A stretch of DNA of 64,000 nucleotides from Candidatus Bathyarchaeota archaeon (lineage in GTDB: Archaea; Thermoproteota; Bathyarchaeia; Bathyarchaeales; SOJC01), in the NCBI GenBank assembly GCA_020354575.1, contig CP070649.1:830504-894503 (forward strand), written 5' to 3'. How positions within the stretch are numbered: the first letter of the stretch is position 1; every line of letters starts with the position of its first letter. Positions 57,671 to 64,000 of this stretch are shown in pieces. The position numbers and the translations under genes were made by a program. Below the pieces are notes generated by a model, which saw only the letters and a program-made list of their open reading frames with translations, made no database searches and was not told the DNA's origin.

Positions 57671-58645
57671 ATGACTGAGCAACGACAAGTACTGCAAGAA
57701 AAGACCAAAGAAATCGAAGAGATAGGAAAAACTATGCAGCGATATAAGGTCATTGCCTTGGCAAGTTTACAGAAAGTACGGGCTGCTCAACTGCAAGAGC
57801 TGCGGAAAAAACTGCGCTCTGATGCCTATCTTCTTGTCATCAAAAACTCATTAATGAAACGGGCCATCGCAAAATCCAAGGATAAACCCGATTTAGACAA
57901 GCTCGAAGCCCATCTAATTGGAGCAACAATCTATCTATTCACTGATCTAAATCCCTTCAAGCTCGTTCTGCTTTTGGAAAAGAGTAAAGTATTAACTACC
58001 GCCAAATCTGGCGATATAGCTGCGTTTGATGTGGTCGTTCCAGCAGGAAACACGGGACAACCACCCGGACCAATAATCAGCCAGTTGGGCGCTGTAGGGT
58101 TGAAGACGCGTATAGAATCTGGCAGTGTCTGGATAAATAAAGACACTCTAGTTGCAAAGAAAGGCGAAGTCATTTCACAACGGCTTGCGCCCATTCTATC
58201 CAAGCTCGGTATAAAACCCGTTGAAGCTGGACTAGAGTTAAAGACGGTTTACGATGAGGGCAGGATAATAACTGAGGAGCAGTTACGCATCGATCTCAAT
58301 CAAATCAGAGAAGATGTAAAAAAGGCTCACAAAACTGCTTTCTATCTCTCTATAAATAGTGCGTATACCACCCCAGAAAACATTGGATTTCTGCTTCAAA
58401 AAGCATACCAAGATGCTTATAGATTAAGCGTGAATGAAAACATCCCGACGAAGGACACAATAGTCGATATTCTGAGAAAAGCCAACATGCAAGTGCTGAG
58501 TTTGAAGGCACAATTGGATAAACACGAGAAGAAAGCTGAGGGAAAAGTCGAGGAAAAAACCGAAGATAAGAAGACTGAGAAAAAATCTGAGCAGAAAACC
58601 GAGAAAGAAGAGAAAAAGACGGAGAAAAAGACGGAGAAAGGTTGA
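57671..58645 (+). CDS. rpl10: 50S ribosomal protein uL10 (P0) with atypical Lys/Glu/Thr-rich C-terminus
   Basis: The P0 core is recognisable (KYKVIALASLQKVRAAQLQELRKKLR...). The tail ends ...KKTEKKSEQKTEKEEKKTEKKTEKG, without the GLxALFG peptide. Confidence 0.9.
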   Translation: MTEQRQVLQEKTKEIEEIGKTMQRYKVIALASLQKVRAAQLQELRKKLRSDAYLLVIKNSLMKRAIAKSKDKPDLDKLEAHLIGATIYLFTDLNPFKLVLLLEKSKVLTTAKSGDIAAFDVVVPAGNTGQPPGPIISQLGAVGLKTRIESGSVWINKDTLVAKKGEVISQRLAPILSKLGIKPVEAGLELKTVYDEGRIITEEQLRIDLNQIREDVKKAHKTAFYLSINSAYTTPENIGFLLQKAYQDAYRLSVNENIPTKDTIVDILRKANMQVLSLKAQLDKHEKKAEGKVEEKTEDKKTEKKSEQKTEKEEKKTEKKTEKG

Positions 58646-58684
58646 AAAGGAAGAGTGTAGAAAAGGTAAGAGGTGAAATGAAAA

Positions 58685-58999
58685 ATGGAGTACGTTTATG
58701 CTGCGTTGCTTTTGCATAAATCTGGAAAACCCGTTAATGAAGAAAACGTGATGAAGCTTCTCGGCGCTGCTGGGGTAAAAGCTGATCCTGTTAGAGTGAA
58801 AGCTTTAGTTGCTTCTTTGGAAGAAGTCAACATCGACGAAGCCATAGAAACCGTACCGACCATGATGGCTGCTGCACCTGCGGCTGCTACACCTGCAGCT
58901 GAGGCAAAGCCTGAAGGCAAGAAGGAAGAGAAAAAGGAAGAGGACGAGAAGGAGAAAGAAGACGCAGCGCTTGAAGGTCTTGGGGCCCTATTCGGATAG
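58685..58999 (+). CDS. rpl12: 50S ribosomal stalk protein P1 (aL12)
   Basis: [11 protein letters not shown]...[24 protein letters not shown]. Confidence 0.93.
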   Translation: MEYVYAALLLHKSGKPVNEENVMKLLGAAGVKADPVRVKALVASLEEVNIDEAIETVPTMMAAAPAAATPAAEAKPEGKKEEKKEEDEKEKEDAALEGLGALFG

Positions 59000-59134
59000 A
59001 CAACTGACTCACTCATTTTAGCTTCAATATTTCATTCATAGAGAATTCGCTGCAGAACTAGTCTTACATACAGCTTAAATGATTTTGAGACCTTAATGTG
59101 AAACCGCATATTGACTTGATCTGAGGGATTAGGG

Positions 59135-61927
59135 GTGAAGAAGAAACGCTTTCCCAAAAGAGAGTATCATATTCCCTTTTTTGACGAACAAGGGTTTGAG
59201 AGAAAATTTTGCTCTAATTGTAGCGAATACTTTTGGACGCTAATACCAGATATGGAGACCTGTGGGGAAGCAACCTCTAAAGGGTGCACGCAATACACCT
59301 TCATTGGCAATCCTCCAACTCGAAAAGCCTATAACCTGCATGAAATGCGCGAAACTTTTCTTTCTTTCTTTGAGAAACGTGGGCATCAGCGGATGAAACC
59401 ATATCCGGTAGTGGCTCGTTGGAGAGATGACCTTTATCTAACAAGTGCCAGCATCGTGGACTTCCAACCCTATGTCACAAATGGGATTGTTCCTGCTCCC
59501 GCAAATCCCCTTGTTATCAGTCAACCCTGTATTCGCTTAATTGATGTCGACAATACAGGACCTACATTTGGTCGCCACCTAACATTTTTTGAAATGGGTG
59601 GTCACCATGCTTTCAACTATCCAGACAAGGAGGTTTATTGGAAAGATCAAACGGTTCGTTACCACCACGAATTTGTTACGAAGGAGCTTGGGATTCCCTC
59701 GGAAGAGGTGATCTACAAAGAGGATGTCTGGAGTGGAGGAGGTAACGCTGGACCGGATTTAGAGACGGTTGTGCGGGGACTTGAGCTAGCGACTCTGGTC
59801 TTTATGAAATTTAAGGTTGTTAATGGAAAATTTGTGGAATTACCCATTCGAACCGTTGATACTGGTTATGGCATCGAACGTTACACCTGGATATCCCGAG
59901 GAACTGTGAGCGGGTTTCATGCTATTTATGGGACAATCTTGGACAAGATTTTCAAAATGGCGAGTTTTGGTAAAGTTGACAATAATCTGTTGGCTGAAAT
60001 AGCCCAGGTCTCAGGGACCTTCGAACCTGGAGAATCAGCAAAAAGAGAAACTTCTTGGAAGAAAGTTGCGAAGCAAGTTGGGATGACTAAATCCGAATTA
60101 ATAAAATTCTTCAAACCAATAGAAACTGCCTTCGCAGTAGCTGACCATACAAAAAGCTTAGCCTTTCTGCTTGCAGAAGGCGTTGTACCCTCCAACGTCC
60201 AAGAAGGATACTTAACGAGATTGCTGATTCGACGGACATATCGTTTGCTGAGAGCATTAGCCATCGAGGACCGCTTAGATGACATAATAGACCTGCAAAT
60301 CCGTATTTGGTCCAAGGACTTTCCCCGTCTCAGAGAGATGCACAAGGAGATTTTAGATGTTCTTTCAGTGGAAAAGCGAAAGTTTGAGGACACATTGAAG
60401 AGAGGCGACGCGTTGGTCAGCAGAATCGCACAGAATCTGAAGGCAAAGGGAAAACGAAAGTTGCCTATCAAAACGTTGGTGGAGCTTTATGATTCCCATG
60501 GGCTTCCTCCAGAGGCTGTGCGTGAAAGTGCCATGAAAAAAGGGATAACGGTGGAGGCGCCTGACGACTTTTACAAGATGGTTGCCGAACGACACCTTGA
60601 AGCTCCCCCTAAGGAAGAGCTCGTCACTGACGAGAGACTTGATTTGGTTGCGACCTTGCCTGAGACTCAGTTGCTCTATTACACAGATTCGCACCTAACT
60701 CAATTTGAGTCTCGCGTTCTCCGAGTTTTGAAGAAGAACCAAGTAATTTTAGAAAAGACGATTTTCTATCCGGAAGGCGGTGGCCAACCATCGGATAAGG
60801 GATCTTTTGAGTTCAATGGAGAAAAGACTGAAGTTGTGGACGTCCAGAAGGTGGGTAGAGTCGTTATTCACACAGTGAAAGACCCTGTGCCCAAAGAAGG
60901 AGGAAAGATCAAAGGGCAGATTGATTGGGATAGGCGGAGTGCTCTTATGAGGGCTCATACGGCTACGCACCTCATAATGGGGGCAGCACGGCGTGTTCTT
61001 GGTCAGCATGTGTGGCAGACAGGAACTCAGAAGAATGTTGAGCAAGCAAGGCTAGATATTTCCCATTACCAAAGGTTGACCCCAGAAGAAGTGAATAGAA
61101 TTGAAGTTCTTGCCAACCAAGCAGCAACCTCTATGATCCCCGTTGAAACTCAATGGTTACCACGGGATGAAGCTGAAGCAGAATTTGGCTTTCGACTTTA
61201 TCAAGGGGGGGCGGTGCCGGGAAAGGAAATCCGTGTTGTCAAGGTGGGGGAATGGGAAGTTGAAGCTTGTGCAGGCACTCATGTGGGAAACACAGGTGAG
61301 ATCGGGTTCATTAAAATCCTTAATACGGAGCGAATTCAGGATGGAATAGAGCGCATAGTCTACAGTACTGCCCACCATGCTGTGCAAGCAAGCCAAGCCA
61401 AGGAGAAACTCCTTAGACAAGTCGCAGACACGCTGGACGCCCCCATCGACAAGCTGCTCCCAACCACAAAACGCCTGCTGAAAGAATGGAAAGAGATGCG
61501 CCGCGAAAACAAACGTCTCATTGAGGAATTAGCCGTTCTTGAGAGTGGCAAAAGCATTGAACAGACTGCCATAACGAAGGAAATTGATGGTACAAAGCTT
61601 GTAATACAGAAGTATGAGCCGATTAATGTGAACCGAATGATAAAGACCGCCAGCAAAATCACCAAGAATGACCCGACTTCAGTGGCGTTGTTTTATGGAG
61701 CTGACAAGAAGACGGCGCGGATGGTAATTTTGGCGGGAGGTTCAGCAGTAGCGAAAGGCGTTAACGCTAGTGAAATCGCTAAAGAAGCAGCTGAAATTCT
61801 GGGTGGAGGAGGCAGTGGCAGGCCTGAATTTGCTCAAGGTGGCGGGACAAGATCTGGCAAGATTGGTGTTGCCCTCCAAAAGGCTGAAGATAGGTTACGG
61901 AAGCAACTGAGTATAACGCCACAATAG
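59135..61927 (+). CDS. alaS: alanine--tRNA ligase
   Basis: Archaeal AlaRS N-terminus (FFDEQGFERKFCSNC), FFEMGGHHAF, editing HxxxH...CxxxH (HTATH...CAGTH) and a C-terminal DHHA1-like GGGSGRPEFAQGGG. GTG start. Confidence 0.93.
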   Translation: MKKKRFPKREYHIPFFDEQGFERKFCSNCSEYFWTLIPDMETCGEATSKGCTQYTFIGNPPTRKAYNLHEMRETFLSFFEKRGHQRMKPYPVVARWRDDLYLTSASIVDFQPYVTNGIVPAPANPLVISQPCIRLIDVDNTGPTFGRHLTFFEMGGHHAFNYPDKEVYWKDQTVRYHHEFVTKELGIPSEEVIYKEDVWSGGGNAGPDLETVVRGLELATLVFMKFKVVNGKFVELPIRTVDTGYGIERYTWISRGTVSGFHAIYGTILDKIFKMASFGKVDNNLLAEIAQVSGTFEPGESAKRETSWKKVAKQVGMTKSELIKFFKPIETAFAVADHTKSLAFLLAEGVVPSNVQEGYLTRLLIRRTYRLLRALAIEDRLDDIIDLQIRIWSKDFPRLREMHKEILDVLSVEKRKFEDTLKRGDALVSRIAQNLKAKGKRKLPIKTLVELYDSHGLPPEAVRESAMKKGITVEAPDDFYKMVAERHLEAPPKEELVTDERLDLVATLPETQLLYYTDSHLTQFESRVLRVLKKNQVILEKTIFYPEGGGQPSDKGSFEFNGEKTEVVDVQKVGRVVIHTVKDPVPKEGGKIKGQIDWDRRSALMRAHTATHLIMGAARRVLGQHVWQTGTQKNVEQARLDISHYQRLTPEEVNRIEVLANQAATSMIPVETQWLPRDEAEAEFGFRLYQGGAVPGKEIRVVKVGEWEVEACAGTHVGNTGEIGFIKILNTERIQDGIERIVYSTAHHAVQASQAKEKLLRQVADTLDAPIDKLLPTTKRLLKEWKEMRRENKRLIEELAVLESGKSIEQTAITKEIDGTKLVIQKYEPINVNRMIKTASKITKNDPTSVALFYGADKKTARMVILAGGSAVAKGVNASEIAKEAAEILGGGGSGRPEFAQGGGTRSGKIGVALQKAEDRLRKQLSITPQ

Positions 61928-62037
61928 ATAAAAGCGACTAATTGCTGATAATCAGATGGTGCTTTAAATGAGGGATCGTTTCCTCCCTAGATTCTAACAA
62001 AACCTTTTATACGGTGCCCTCTAATCCAACAAGTTTT

Positions 62038-64000
62038 ATGGAGCTTCTGCATCAAATCGAGGCTAAATGGCAAAAGGCTTGGGAAAAAGCGAAGATCTTT
62101 GAGGCTGACCCAGATCCTAAGCGAAAAAAATGCTTTGTCACCTTTCCTTACTCATATGCAAATGGACCTGTTCATGTTGGACATGCTTTCACAGCAGCAC
62201 GAGTCGATGCATATGCTCGATTCAAACGGATGCAAGGTTACAATGTCTTGTTTCCTTGGGCGTGGCATTGGACTGGAACAACCATATCGGGTGCTAGCGA
62301 ACGCATACAGCAGGGTGACGAAGAGTTCATCAGACCCTTACGAGAAATCGATGGCGTCTCAGAAAAAGACTTGAAAAAATTCATTGACCCAGTTTACTTG
62401 GCGTCGTATTATACAAAGGAAAACAGAACCACTATCCGTCAAGCAGGATTTTCCATCGATTGGCGTCGAGAATTTCAGACCACCTCTCCACAATTCAGCA
62501 AGTTCATTGAATGGCAATACAAAAAACTCCACAAAAAAGGATATGTGGTCCAAGGAACCCATCCAGTCGTCTGGTGTCCGCACTGTGAAAGCCCAACGGG
62601 TGACCATGACCGACAGGAAGGTGAAGGGGTCGCACCAGAACAATATACGCTGATTAAATTCAAATATAACGATGCTTTCTTACCCGCAGCCACCTTTAGA
62701 CCTGAAACCCTCTATGGTGTTACAAATATCTGGATAAATCCTCAGGCAGATTATGTTGAAGCTGAAGTGGATAGAGAAAAGTGGATAATTAGTGAGACAG
62801 CTGCAACCAAGTTGAAAGAGCAAAAGCGAAAGATCTCTCTAATCCGTCGGTTCAAAGGAAAAGAGCTAATCGGCAAAACAGTGGCAAATCCCGTTGTCAA
62901 TCAGAAATTACCTATTCTGCCAGCCTCATTTGTCAATACCGAGAGTGCAACGGGTGTAGTCTACAGTGTTCCTGCTCATGCACCAGTTGATTGGTTGGCT
63001 TTAAGAGACTTGCAGCAGAAGCCTGAGTCTCTCAAGAAATTTGGCATAGAACCATCAACGGTGAACGATATCCGACCGATTTCCATGATTCGTGTTCAAG
63101 GATTTGGCGAACACCCTGCCATAGAAATTATTGATCAATTAGGGGCAAAGGATCAATGTGACCCTAAAGCAGAGAAAGCCACAAAACTGCTATACAAAAA
63201 AGAGTTTCATAGTGGCGTTTTGAAAGAAAATTGCGGTTCATACGCTGGTAAATTGGTGCGGGATGTGAAGGAGATCCTCATCAAAGACTTTACGAAAAAG
63301 AACGTTGCAGATGCGATGTACGATCTCCCTGAACCCGTCATCTGTCGATGCTTGACCCCTTGTATTGTCAAAATACTGGAAGAGCAATGGTTCTTGAAAT
63401 ATAGCGACCAGGAGTGGAAGAACCAGACCAAAGAAGCCCTAGAACACGCAATAGTCTGTCCTGAAACTGCAGCTGCATGGTTCATAAGCACAATTGACTG
63501 GCTGAGAGACTGGCCCTGCGCCCGAAAAAGCGGTCTAGGCACCCCCCTCCCTTGGAAAAAGGAGTGGATTATCGAAACGCTAAGCGACTCCACCATCTAC
63601 ATGGCGTTTTACACGATCAACAAATACATTAAACAACATGATATCGGAGCTGATCAACTAGCGCCAAGCGTCTTTGATTATATCTTCTACGGAAAAGGTA
63701 GCGTGGATGGACTGGCGAAAAAATCGAAAATTCCAACGCGAATCTTAAAAGCCATGCGCGATGAATTTCTGTATTGGTATCCAGTTGACATGCGGAACTC
63801 TGCAAAAGAACTGATACCTAACCACCTGACCTTCTTCCTGTTCCAACATATAGCGCTCTTCCCACCGGAACATTGGCCAAGAATGATTGGGGCCAATGGG
63901 ATGCTAATGATTGAAGGAAGAAAGATGTCCAAGTCGAAAGGTAACTTTGCCACCTTCCGGAGTGCCATCGAACAATATGGCGCTGATTCTGCTCGGATTG
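62038..64000 (+). CDS. leuS: leucine--tRNA ligase (archaeal type), 3'-truncated by the window end
   Basis: Not in the ORF track because no stop is reached. Manual translation from the ATG at 62038 is open to 64000: MELLHQIEAKWQKAWEKAKIFEAD...PYSYANGPVHVGHAF...CPHCESPTGDHD...RKMSKSKGN. Confidence 0.9.
   Translation, partial: MELLHQIEAKWQKAWEKAKIFEADPDPKRKKCFVTFPYSYANGPVHVGHAFTAARVDAYARFKRMQGYNVLFPWAWHWTGTTISGASERIQQGDEEFIRPLREIDGVSEKDLKKFIDPVYLASYYTKENRTTIRQAGFSIDWRREFQTTSPQFSKFIEWQYKKLHKKGYVVQGTHPVVWCPHCESPTGDHDRQEGEGVAPEQYTLIKFKYNDAFLPAATFRPETLYGVTNIWINPQADYVEAEVDREKWIISETAATKLKEQKRKISLIRRFKGKELIGKTVANPVVNQKLPILPASFVNTESATGVVYSVPAHAPVDWLALRDLQQKPESLKKFGIEPSTVNDIRPISMIRVQGFGEHPAIEIIDQLGAKDQCDPKAEKATKLLYKKEFHSGVLKENCGSYAGKLVRDVKEILIKDFTKKNVADAMYDLPEPVICRCLTPCIVKILEEQWFLKYSDQEWKNQTKEALEHAIVCPETAAAWFISTIDWLRDWPCARKSGLGTPLPWKKEWIIETLSDSTIYMAFYTINKYIKQHDIGADQLAPSVFDYIFYGKGSVDGLAKKSKIPTRILKAMRDEFLYWYPVDMRNSAKELIPNHLTFFLFQHIALFPPEHWPRMIGANGMLMIEGRKMSKSKGNFATFRSAIEQYGADSARI

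Noticed and set aside
58500-58650. Short tandem-like DNA repeats (gagaaaaagacg etc.) that could be mistaken for a repeat array
   Set aside because: They encode the low-complexity KTEK tail of P0. There is no spacer/repeat periodicity of CRISPR type.

Overview
This looks like a gene-dense archaeal chromosomal segment of moderate-to-low GC, mostly housekeeping. The archaeal assignment rests on a thermosome, proteasome beta subunit, TFE, aMBF1, Spt5, SecE, RNase P Rnp4, RpoK, Trm56, diphthine synthase, LSm and L37e, the L11-L1-P0-P1 cluster, and archaeal-type ValRS, AlaRS and LeuRS. Metabolic genes include pyrB, pyrI, pyrC, ribL, ribK, NMNAT, a CofE-like ligase, malic enzyme, a PfkA-type phosphofructokinase and three radical SAM enzymes. 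RNA features are three tRNAs and a clear TPP riboswitch ahead of a ThiT-like transporter; both tRNA-Leu genes carry extra sequence in the D-loop. I saw no CRISPR array, rRNA, transposase, integrase or recognisable defence system. The least ordinary region is 35.6-38.2 kb: five unrelated small membrane or secreted ORFs, each bounded by a copy of one same-orientation repeat (core GGGNGATATCTCCA). A second window-wide signal is strong intergenic enrichment of the palindrome GCATGC / TGCATGCA. All protein calls come from reading motifs in the supplied translations; no database search was possible.
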